From the NCBI GenBank assembly GCA_019358935.1, contig JAHHIK010000143.1, positions 1 to 17,432 on the forward strand: a stretch of 17,432 bases of DNA, in the 5' to 3' direction. The number at the start of each line of letters is the position of its first letter. Within the stretch, counting starts at the first letter, position 1. The position numbers and the translations under genes were made by a program. Below, piece after piece: positions 1 through 7,327 of the stretch. The stretch comes from Tolypothrix carrinoi HA7290-LM1. Its GTDB lineage: Bacteria > Cyanobacteriota > Cyanobacteriia > Cyanobacteriales > Nostocaceae. The notes under the pieces were generated by a model that was given only the letters and a program-made list of their open reading frames with translations, was not told the origin of the DNA and did no database searches.

Positions 1-121
1 AGCATCTTTACGCTCAACTCTATAGCGTAATAATAGCACAAAAAGCACCACTGTGGGGTAAACCCCACGACGTGGTTTTCATCCCCGGCATGAATGCGCG
101 GGGCTTTCAACCTACCTTTTT
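1..121 (-). mobile_element. Left end of an IS200/IS605-family element (IS608/IS891-like ends, apparently tnpB-only/IS1341-type); continues off the left edge
   Basis: Minus strand reads TTAC(125-122)|AAAAAGGTAGGTTG-AAAG-CCCCG-C-GCA-TTCA-TGC-CGGGG: TTAC cleavage motif, AAAG guide tetranucleotide and subterminal hairpin as in IS608. Followed by a second hairpin (53-68), an extended -10-like TGcTATTAT (38-30) and ATG CT at 5-1. Interrupts an ORF exactly at TTAC. Confidence 0.85.
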
Positions 122-277
122 GTAAGAGGGAATTGTTACATCATCTCGTCGGAAGTTGGCGCTCTCTTTTTCCCAGTCTACACTTTCAGCATAACGCCGC
201 AAAGATTGCTCATCAATCAAAAGGCGTACTACAGGTGATAAAAAACGTTCCCAAATTGTATCTTGACGAATCGCCAT
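122..277 (-). pseudogene. 5' 52 codons of a class I SAM-dependent methyltransferase gene, interrupted by the IS insertion
   Basis: Manual translation from ATG at 277: MAIRQDTIWERFLSPVVRLLIDEQSLRRYAESVDWEKESANFRRDDVTIPSY, then IS-derived KKVG-stop. Resembles the N-terminus of a conserved cyanobacterial methyltransferase family (recognised from memory; SAM motif not in window). Absent from the ORF track. Confidence 0.75.
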
Positions 278-374
278 ATAATTATCTCAGATTTATGTAA
301 CTTTTGTCATTATTTATTTACATATTTTAATACATTTGGGAAAAATCTGGTATTTGTGCAGGCGATCGCCTATT

Positions 375-395
375 TTGTACTACATGTGTTACAAT
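375..395. promoter_or_regulatory. Imperfect 20-bp palindrome overlapping a -10-like TACAAT, in the divergent methyltransferase/rtcB promoter region
   Basis: TTGTA-CT-ACATGT-GT-TACAA (16/20 positions symmetric); TACAAT at 390-395. Confidence 0.4.
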
Positions 396-477
396 AATAA
401 TACAAGCTTGCTTTATTAGAGTAGTTAATCAGCTTCACGAAAATTTAGGAAGCCGACAAACTGAAAATTAAACTGTC

Positions 478-626
478 TAGTTAGTAGATAGTGGATAGTG
501 GATAGTGGTTAGTAGATACTGGATAGTGGATAGCAACGCTCGAACGCTCCAACTAACAACCAACAACTAACAACCATCAACCAACAACTATCAACCAACA
601 ACTATCAACCAACAACTATCAACCAA
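478..626. repeat. Two oppositely oriented heptamer (STRR-type) arrays upstream of rtcB
   Basis: (TGGATAG/TAGATAG/TGGTTAG)n 478-533, short spacer, then (CAACTAT/CAACCAA/CAACTAA)n 551-626. Confidence 0.9.
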
Positions 627-636
627 AATAAATATT

Positions 637-1818
637 ATGCCCTACGAAAACTTAGAAATATCCACACCATCCCCTGTTTTATCTTGGGCTAATCACCCCT
701 TAAAATCAGACGAAATTAAAATGGCGAAGAATGTTGCATCGCTGCCATTTGTATTTAAACACGTTGCCTTGATGCCAGATGTTCACTTAGGTAAAGGAGC
801 CTTAGTTGGTTCAGTAATTGCCACAAAAGAAGCAATTATTCCGGCTGCTGTCGGTGTAGATATTGGTTGCGGTATGATGGCAATTAAAACACCATTTAAA
901 GGTGAACAACTCGAAGGCAAACTGAAGAAAATCCGCTTGGATATTGAAGCAGCAATTCCAACAGGATTCAACGAAAATAAAGACGTTGAAAAAACCGTCA
1001 CCAACTGGCAACGCTGGGGTGATTTTAAAGACTTGCATCGTGGGGTGCAAGACTTGCAAGGCAAAGCCATGCGACAAATGGGTTCTCTCGGTGGAGGAAA
1101 CCACTTTATTGAAGTTTGCCTTGATACTGAAAACTCTGTTTGGCTGATGCTGCATTCTGGTTCCCGCAACATCGGCAATAATCTAGCACAGTGCCACATT
1201 CATACTGCGAAGGAATTAGCAAAAATGGCAGGTAATAACTTACCTGACCCCGATTTAGCTTATTTCGTTGCCGGAACGCCAGAATTTCAGGCATATTGGC
1301 ATGATTTGCAATGGTCGCAGGATTATGCGCGTGTTAACCGCGATGTAATGATGGCACGTTTTAAGCGCATTGTCGAGAAACATCTCGCAGGTGGAAAGGC
1401 AATTAAACCTTTATTAGAAGTAAATTGCCATCACAATTATGCTGAGAAAGAAGTACATTTTGGTGAAGATGTGTACGTAACTCGCAAAGGTGCAGTCCGC
1501 GCACAAGAAGAAGACTATGGCATTATTCCCGGTTCAATGGGGGCAAAATCCTACATTGTTAAAGGTAAAGGTAATGCTCACAGCTTTTGTTCTTGCAGTC
1601 ATGGTGCGGGACGTTTGCTATCTCGAAATAAGGCAAAAAATGCCTATACACTCGATGATTTAATTGAGCAAACAAAGGGTGTAGAATGTCGCAAAGATAC
1701 AGGAGTTTTGGATGAAATTCCTGGCGCTTACAAGCCGATAGAACAAGTCATGGCAAATCAATCAGATTTGGTTGAAGTTGAGGCAACGCTGAAGCAAGTT
1801 CTTTGTGTGAAAGGATAA
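637..1818 (+). CDS. rtcB: RtcB-family RNA ligase (3'-phosphate/5'-OH ligase), 393 aa
   Basis: Motifs MPDVHLGKG, GVDIGCG, GGGNHF, LHSGSR, CHHNY, RKGA, PGSMG, SHGAGR, DEIPGAYK and C-terminal VKG. Confidence 0.97.
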   Translation: MPYENLEISTPSPVLSWANHPLKSDEIKMAKNVASLPFVFKHVALMPDVHLGKGALVGSVIATKEAIIPAAVGVDIGCGMMAIKTPFKGEQLEGKLKKIRLDIEAAIPTGFNENKDVEKTVTNWQRWGDFKDLHRGVQDLQGKAMRQMGSLGGGNHFIEVCLDTENSVWLMLHSGSRNIGNNLAQCHIHTAKELAKMAGNNLPDPDLAYFVAGTPEFQAYWHDLQWSQDYARVNRDVMMARFKRIVEKHLAGGKAIKPLLEVNCHHNYAEKEVHFGEDVYVTRKGAVRAQEEDYGIIPGSMGAKSYIVKGKGNAHSFCSCSHGAGRLLSRNKAKNAYTLDDLIEQTKGVECRKDTGVLDEIPGAYKPIEQVMANQSDLVEVEATLKQVLCVKG

Positions 1819-1824
1819 ATTTAA

Positions 1825-1853
1825 GTAGGGTGGGCAATGCTCACCTTTTTTTT
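1825..1853 (+). terminator. Hairpin plus T-tract after rtcB (GTAG-REP-derived intrinsic terminator)
   Basis: GTAGGGTGGGC-AAT-GCTCACC followed by T8, 7 nt after the stop codon. Confidence 0.65.
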
Positions 1854-1972
1854 AACGCAGAGGAGCGCGGAGTGAAGCGCAGAGGAGCGCAAAGAAATAA
1901 GAGGAAAATAAGTATCAGTAACAAGTTATTTTGAAGTTAGCGATTAGACTTGTCTATATAAATAAAAATATT

Positions 1973-2785
1973 ATGCTAAATACTGAATACGAACAACAAT
2001 ACAAGCAAGAAGTAATCGATTTTTTTAACAGTAGAATAACCTACGACAACGATTACACCATTCGTCGCGCTCTCCCCCTACTAGAACTAGTTCCGCTACA
2101 AAACAAACAAAAAGTATTAGATTTGGCAACTGGCACAGGTATAATTGCGATTGCCGCTGCACAAATTGTTGGTGAAGGTAAAGTAATTGGAGTAGATTTT
2201 TCTTTAGGAATGCTCGCGCAAGCACAAAAAAAGATTGATGACTTAAACTTGCAAAATATCGAACTAATTGAAGCTGATGCAGAATATATAAACTTTGATG
2301 ATGAAAGTTTTGATATAATTTTTTGTTCCACTGCAATAGTATATTTTAGAGATATTCCTGCTGCTTTAAGCAAGTGGTATCGTTTTCTGAAAAAAGGTGG
2401 AGTTGTGGCATTTTCTTGTTGCTCTGAGGAATCTTGCGAAGCACCAGGCATCATTGCAACTTGTGCTAAATATGGTATTTCTCTTTTCAATATCAATGAG
2501 CCAACAGGTACACCCGAAAAGTGTCAAAACATGCTAAAAGAAGCTGGATTTAAAGATATTAAAGTTAAGTCTCAGCAATTTGGTTTTTACCGCAGTTTTG
2601 AGCAAGCTAAACAATGGAATGGAGGATGGTTTCATCCGAGAGAAAATCCTTTGTTACAGGTGTCATCAGAGCAAATGGCAGAATTGAAAGCAGAATATTG
2701 TAAACAAATTGAGGCTTTGGTAACTGAACAAGGTGTGTGGTATGAACATATGGCTTTTTTCGTAACTGCTAATAAGTGTAGTTAA
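1973..2785 (+). CDS. Class I SAM-dependent methyltransferase (UbiE/Methyltransf_11/31-like), 270 aa
   Basis: VLDLATGTG SAM motif I, VIGVDFS, EADAE, SFDIIFC, LKKGG. ATG at 1973 preferred over TTG at 1931 because it aligns with the paralogue's start. Confidence 0.9.
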   Translation: MLNTEYEQQYKQEVIDFFNSRITYDNDYTIRRALPLLELVPLQNKQKVLDLATGTGIIAIAAAQIVGEGKVIGVDFSLGMLAQAQKKIDDLNLQNIELIEADAEYINFDDESFDIIFCSTAIVYFRDIPAALSKWYRFLKKGGVVAFSCCSEESCEAPGIIATCAKYGISLFNINEPTGTPEKCQNMLKEAGFKDIKVKSQQFGFYRSFEQAKQWNGGWFHPRENPLLQVSSEQMAELKAEYCKQIEALVTEQGVWYEHMAFFVTANKCS

Positions 2786-2806
2786 TCACAACGGATAATA
2801 ATTTAA

Positions 2807-3604
2807 ATGCTCGATGAATACAAACAGCAAGTAGCCAATCACTTCAATGCAAGAGTTGACTATGATAGTAGTGAAATAGCGCATATTCGCGCTTTGGGTT
2901 TACTTGAATTAGTGCAATTGCAAAAAGGGCAAAAAATATTAGATATTGCCACTGGTACGGGTATTATCGCTCTAGCTGCATCGGAAATTGTCGGTGATGA
3001 AGGTGAAATTATCGGTGTGGATATTGCCGAAGTTTTATTAAATCAAGCACAAGAAAAGATAGAAAGTGCAGGTTTAAAAAATATTGAATTAATTGAAGCT
3101 GATGCGGAATATTTGAACTTTGCTGAAAAGAGCTTTGATGCAATTTTTTGTTCTTCAGCGATTGTGTTATTTACAGATATCCCGGCAATTTTACACAATT
3201 GGTATCGCTGGCTGAAACCCGGTGGAATTGTTGCTTTTCATGCTTGGGCAGAAACAGGGATGATGACACCGATTATTACTAAAGCTTGCGCTAAATATGG
3301 TGTTTCTCTGCCAAATATTCATCAACAACTGGGTACACCTGAAAAATGTGAAACGCTGTTACAACAAGCTGATTTTGAAAATATCGAAGTAAAAATTAAA
3401 CAATTGGGTAAATATCTCAGCGTTGATGATGCGAAAAAGTGGTGGGGTGGTACTTGGCTTCACCCCAAAAATCCATTGTTGGAATTATCGGTAGAGAAAA
3501 TCGAAAAAATCAAGGCTGAATATGCAACACAAGTTGAAGTTTTAGCAACTGAGGAAGGTGTTTGGCTAGATATTACTACTTTTTTTGTTTTGGCGCACAA
3601 GTGA
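2807..3604 (+). CDS. Class I SAM-dependent methyltransferase, tandem paralogue of the upstream gene, 265 aa
   Basis: ILDIATGTG, IIGVDIA, NIELIEADAEY, SFDAIFC, LKPGG; shares CAKYGxSL, GTPEKC and HPxxNPLL-like blocks with 1973-2785. Confidence 0.92.
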   Translation: MLDEYKQQVANHFNARVDYDSSEIAHIRALGLLELVQLQKGQKILDIATGTGIIALAASEIVGDEGEIIGVDIAEVLLNQAQEKIESAGLKNIELIEADAEYLNFAEKSFDAIFCSSAIVLFTDIPAILHNWYRWLKPGGIVAFHAWAETGMMTPIITKACAKYGVSLPNIHQQLGTPEKCETLLQQADFENIEVKIKQLGKYLSVDDAKKWWGGTWLHPKNPLLELSVEKIEKIKAEYATQVEVLATEEGVWLDITTFFVLAHK

Positions 3605-3618
3605 GCATAGAACGCAAT

Positions 3619-3855
3619 CTAACTTGCTAAATTATTCAGCCAATTAACCAAATCTGTCTCACTATTAAAATCTAGTAATGCTTCCCCTAAGTCTTCCAAT
3701 TGTGTAAGAGATAAATTCTCTATTTGAGTCTGTAATTGAGAGTTAATTGCACCAATTCGACGAGTTAGTAAGCGTTTAACAAGCCTTAGTTCTGATTGTC
3801 TTCCTTCTTCTCTTCCCTCTTGGAGAATTTCTTGATAAATTACAGATTCTCTCAT
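3619..3855 (-). CDS. Putative in-frame internal small protein (RpnS-like antitoxin, 78 aa)
   Basis: GGAGG (3866-3862) 6 nt upstream of in-frame ATG at 3855 (Met199), at the start of the C-terminal domain. Confidence 0.55.
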   Translation of the reverse strand: MRESVIYQEILQEGREEGRQSELRLVKRLLTRRIGAINSQLQTQIENLSLTQLEDLGEALLDFNSETDLVNWLNNLAS

Positions 3856-4449
3856 ATCTTCCCTCCGAAAAAGTTGACGAACTAGTTCTGTATCGAATAC
3901 TAACCCCGCTAGCAATTGTGTACATGCCGAGATGCTTTGCTGGATTGCTGTTTCTTCAATCATACTCACTTTGACTGCAATCTGTTGAAGCAAGGTTTCA
4001 GGCGAATCTGTTTGTGCTAGAGTTGCCAAGGGAAGTAAAGCAGAAGATGTCAGCAACGGTTCTGGGTTTTGCTCCCACATACGGATGACGCGGTAGCGGT
4101 GAGAGGTATTACGCGCTGTAAATTGCTCAACAAATGCAGCTTCTGAAGAAGTGGGTTTAAGAAAAATTACTATTTGCTCAATATCGCAGTTGTATTGACG
4201 ATAAAGCCGCACCCAGTAGTCTAGCATCCGCAACGGCAAAGGCGGTAGCGATGCAGGTAAAGTTTGAAACTCTATATGCAAAATTTGGTTGGCAGTTTGC
4301 AGAAAAGTTACTGAGTCAGCGCGGATGGGTTCTTGGTTTAATTCGGTTTTGAGGATTTGAATATCCCTCGGTTCAGATGCTAGTAACCAGCGGATGAATT
4401 GTTCTGGATACTGTTCAACTAGATATTTTAGGGTGTTGTCGTATGTCAC
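3619..4449 (-). CDS. Rpn-family (recombination-promoting nuclease/putative transposase, PD-(D/E)XK) protein with C-terminal DUF4351-like domain
   Basis: YDNTLKYL, EPIRADSV, ILHIEFQT, RMLDY, MRESVIYQEILQEGREEG, LEDLGEALLDF...DLVNWL; GTG start. Confidence 0.9.
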   Translation of the reverse strand: MTYDNTLKYLVEQYPEQFIRWLLASEPRDIQILKTELNQEPIRADSVTFLQTANQILHIEFQTLPASLPPLPLRMLDYWVRLYRQYNCDIEQIVIFLKPTSSEAAFVEQFTARNTSHRYRVIRMWEQNPEPLLTSSALLPLATLAQTDSPETLLQQIAVKVSMIEETAIQQSISACTQLLAGLVFDTELVRQLFRREDMRESVIYQEILQEGREEGRQSELRLVKRLLTRRIGAINSQLQTQIENLSLTQLEDLGEALLDFNSETDLVNWLNNLAS

Positions 4450-4651
4450 TTAGATATTAGACTGTAGGGTGTGTTGTGCAAGAGCGCAATGCACCTTGGA
4501 CAGTCGTTGGTGCGTTAGCTAAAAGCATAACGCAACGCCAGATGCTACAACGGAGGGAACCTCCGCAACGCACTGGCTCCCCTACAATTTAAGTTTATTA
4601 ACTGTTCAACTAAATATTTTAGGGTGTTGTCGTATGTCACTTAGATATTAG
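4410..4651. repeat. 51-bp direct repeat (4410-4460 and 4601-4651) duplicating the rpn start region
   Basis: ACTGTTCAACTARATATTTTAGGGTGTTGTCGTATGTCACTTAGATATTAG twice, one mismatch. Confidence 0.95.
4464..4585. repeat. GTAG...CTAC REP-like doublet carrying a nested structured small dispersed repeat (4535-4582)
   Basis: GTAGGGTGTGTTG...ATGCACC / GGTGCGTT...ATAACGCA[insert]CCCTAC; compare the uninterrupted relative at 15757-15837. Confidence 0.75.
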
Positions 4652-4668
4652 TTTGCCTAAAAATGATT

Positions 4669-4697
4669 GTAGAGACGTTCCGATGGAACATCTCTAC
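4669..4697. repeat. GTAG-type REP-like palindrome downstream of pdhC (possible terminator)
   Basis: GTAGAGACGTTCC-GAT-GGAACATCTCTAC. Confidence 0.75.
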
Positions 4698-4728
4698 TTG
4701 ATGTAATATTGTGTCGGATGAATCCAAA

Positions 4729-6030
4729 TTACATTGTCAAAGATTGAGTATCAGTCTCAATTAACTTCGCTAAATCTCGCAAGAATGCAGCAGCATCAGC
4801 ACCATAAATAATCCGATGATCGCAAGTAATATTAACTTGCATTTGTTGCTTGACACCAAACAAACCATCAGATGTAGCTACAACTTGCGGACTTGATGCA
4901 CCGATCGCTAAAATTGAACCTTGTCCGGGTGGTAAAATTGCATCAAATTTGTCTACACCAAACATCCCCAAGTTCGACACGGTAAATGTGCCGCTGTTGT
5001 ATTCTTCTGGTTGCAGCTTTTTGACTCTCGCACGCTCTACCAAAGATTTCCAATTACGCGATACAGAATATATATCCAGCATGTCTGCATTCTGTAACAC
5101 GGGCGTAATTAATCCGCCATCATCCATTGCCACTGCTACAGCAACGTTGATATCAGAGTGATATACGATACCTTGTTCTGAGTAGCTAGCATTTAACAAC
5201 GGGTGTTTTTGCAATGTCACCGCTACGGCTTTCGCTAGTAGTGCTGTCATTGTCACACCTTTAGATTTTATCTGTTTGTAAAGCTTGTCTAACGCATCAG
5301 TAGTAATTGTGTAACCTACATGAATTACAGGCACGGAGAGGCTAGCTACCATATTCCGCGCTACGGCATTTTGCAAGGTGGTCATAGGCACTATTTGACC
5401 CGGAATGGGTGCAGGTGCAGATGCGGCGACAGGTGTAGGTGCAGGTGCAGCGGTCTTAGTGACTTGTGCAGGGGGTGGAGATGCAACGGGTGCGGCGGGT
5501 TGCTTAGTACCAACAGATGCCTCGACATCTGATGCCACGATGCGTCCGTAGGGACCGCTACCCGTGAGGTTACTGAGATCAACCTTCATTTCCTTCGCCA
5601 ACTTGCGAGCGCGGGGTGAAGCTATCAGCCGTCCTTCCCGATGATTGGAGCCATTTTGAGATGCTAAGGCAGGTGTTTGTGTGGCTGGTGCTGCCATTTG
5701 TCCGGGTGCGGTGGCAGCGGTAACTTCGGAAGTAGCAGCTTTCTCGTCTCCTACGTTCGCTTGCGCTAATGCTTGCTCTATCTCCGCTTCTGTTTCTGCC
5801 AATAAGGCGATCGCTGAACCTACAGGGGCACTTTCACCAGCTTGTACCAGAATTGTGGCAAGATATCCCTCATAAAAGGATTCTACATCCATATCTGCTT
5901 TATCTGACTCAACAACCACCACTGTTTCGCCTTTTTCCACTTTATCGCCTGGAGATTTCACCCAGGAAACAATTTTGCCCTCAGTCATGGTGGAACTTAG
6001 CGCCGGCATAAATACTTCTTGGATGCTCAT
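4729..6030 (-). CDS. pdhC: Pyruvate dehydrogenase E2, dihydrolipoamide acetyltransferase, 433 aa
   Basis: Lipoyl domain MPALSSTMTEGKIVSW...VESDKADMDVE, E3-binding IASPRARKLA...GSGPYGRI, catalytic DHRIIYGA. True start MSIQEVF at 6030; the ORF-track extension to 6516 is repeat-derived. Confidence 0.97.
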   Translation of the reverse strand: MSIQEVFMPALSSTMTEGKIVSWVKSPGDKVEKGETVVVVESDKADMDVESFYEGYLATILVQAGESAPVGSAIALLAETEAEIEQALAQANVGDEKAATSEVTAATAPGQMAAPATQTPALASQNGSNHREGRLIASPRARKLAKEMKVDLSNLTGSGPYGRIVASDVEASVGTKQPAAPVASPPPAQVTKTAAPAPTPVAASAPAPIPGQIVPMTTLQNAVARNMVASLSVPVIHVGYTITTDALDKLYKQIKSKGVTMTALLAKAVAVTLQKHPLLNASYSEQGIVYHSDINVAVAVAMDDGGLITPVLQNADMLDIYSVSRNWKSLVERARVKKLQPEEYNSGTFTVSNLGMFGVDKFDAILPPGQGSILAIGASSPQVVATSDGLFGVKQQMQVNITCDHRIIYGADAAAFLRDLAKLIETDTQSLTM

Positions 6031-6130
6031 AGTCGGGTGGTTTTGAAATCGATAATTTATGGACTTTAACAGCTTTTGCTTTATGCGAATTGTAGCTTGA
6101 CCCAGGACTTTTGGATGTTCGATTTTAGAT

Positions 6131-6477
6131 TTTAGGTTCCGGGAATGGGGCAATGGGCAATGGGCAATGGGCAATGGGCAATGGGCAATGGGCAATGGGC
6201 AATGGGCAATGGGCAATGGGCAATGGGCAATGGGCAATGGGAATAAAAAGAAGCGATCGCGTATTTCACTTGCCCCATGCCCCATGCCCCATGCCCCATG
6301 ACGGCAGATGCGTGACTGTCGGCAGAGCCTTTCCAACGCACTGCCTCCCCCATGCCCCATGCCCCATGCCCCATGACGGCAGATGCGTGACTGTCGGCAG
6401 AGCCTTTCCAACGCACTGCCTCCCCCATGCCCCATGCCCCATGCCCCATGCCCAATGCCCCATTCCCGGAACCTAAA
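6131..6477. repeat. Inverted-repeat-bounded STRR cassette (MITE-like): (GGGCAAT)~13, central HIP1, (TGCCCCA)n with two nested structured repeats
   Basis: 22-bp perfect terminal IR TTTAGGTTCCGGGAATGGGGCA (6131-6152 / 6456-6477); HIP1 at 6253; identical ~50-bp inserts at 6301 and 6376 (75-bp period). Confidence 0.85.
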
Positions 6478-6623
6478 GACAAAGCAAAGGTCTATATGAT
6501 TTATTCTCCTCTTCATCGCTCACTAAGATAAAAAAGCTACTGAAATGTAGAGGATATGGGGTGAAATTTCCATCTAAAATTCTGAGTTGGTAATCAACGT
6601 GTTTGAAATTTCTGTTTAATTTT

Positions 6624-7145
6624 ATGTCGGGATTGAAGTTATTTTTGATTTTCATACTGAGTATCTTTGCCACTGTTGGGGCTGGATTTTATATCATGCA
6701 GCGCCAGCCGTCAGCATCGATTTGGGGTGATGACAACAGACAACAACAGCAATTTTCGGCGATACCACAAGCTCAACATATTGAGGTATATACAGAAAGA
6801 GCAACTTATAAAACTATACCTCTACAAAATCTCAATTCTTCTCTCCAGGGTAGCGATCCGGCTACACTTGCCCTGAATGCTTTTGATGATGTGGTATCAC
6901 ACAAAGCAACGCGAAAGGTGGAGGTAGTTTATCCGCAACCAAATCAAGCGATGGTGACGATTACACAGATGAAGCAAGCGGATAATGCTGTCGGTACGGT
7001 TAAATACCGCGTGGAGATGACAACTTTTGGGCGATCGCTTTTAATTAGTTCACCCCCCGTTTGGCAAATTGTCTGGGCAGGTTCCCAGGTACAATGTTGG
7101 TCTGGGAACCGCCCCCACAAAAATTCAATTTCTACCTGTGGATAG
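6624..7145 (+). CDS. Hypothetical protein with N-terminal membrane anchor/signal
   Basis: Long ORF; hydrophobic LFLIFILSIFATVGAGFYIM. ATG at 6624 chosen over TTG at 6603; start uncertain. Confidence 0.75.
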   Translation: MSGLKLFLIFILSIFATVGAGFYIMQRQPSASIWGDDNRQQQQFSAIPQAQHIEVYTERATYKTIPLQNLNSSLQGSDPATLALNAFDDVVSHKATRKVEVVYPQPNQAMVTITQMKQADNAVGTVKYRVEMTTFGRSLLISSPPVWQIVWAGSQVQCWSGNRPHKNSISTCG

Positions 7146-7155
7146 ATGCGATTTT

Positions 7156-7320
7156 GAGTGAGGAGTTAAAAGTTAGAAGTTAGGAGTGAGGAGTTAAAAG
7201 TTAAAAGTGAGGAGTGAGGAGTGAGGAGTGAGGAGTTAAAAGTTAAAATTCACAACTCATAACTCATAACTCATAGCTCATAACTCATAACTCATAACTT
7301 ATAACTCATAACTCATAACT
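7156..7320. repeat. Oppositely oriented heptamer STRR arrays between convergent genes
   Basis: (GAGTGAG/GAGTTAA/AAGTTAA)n then (ACTCATA)n. Confidence 0.9.
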
Positions 7321-7327
7321 GGTGAAT

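Noticed and set aside
94..300. 68-aa plus-strand ORF
   Set aside because: Begins inside the IS hairpin and is antisense to the real methyltransferase fragment.
375..394. NtcA or LexA site upstream of rtcB
   Set aside because: Spacing is GTA-N10-TAC rather than N8, and it does not fit RGTAC-N3-DGTWCB.
300..636. tRNA or Y-RNA gene beside rtcB, as in some rtc operons
   Set aside because: No cloverleaf or T-loop GTTCRA motif found by eye; a tRNAscan-SE or Infernal run would be decisive.
6031..6516. 162-aa N-terminal extension of PdhC and ORFs 6132-6482, 6153-6476, 6266-6463
   Set aside because: Translations of stop-free heptamer repeats (PIAHCPL, GHGAWGM); the lipoyl domain starts at MSIQEVF (6030).
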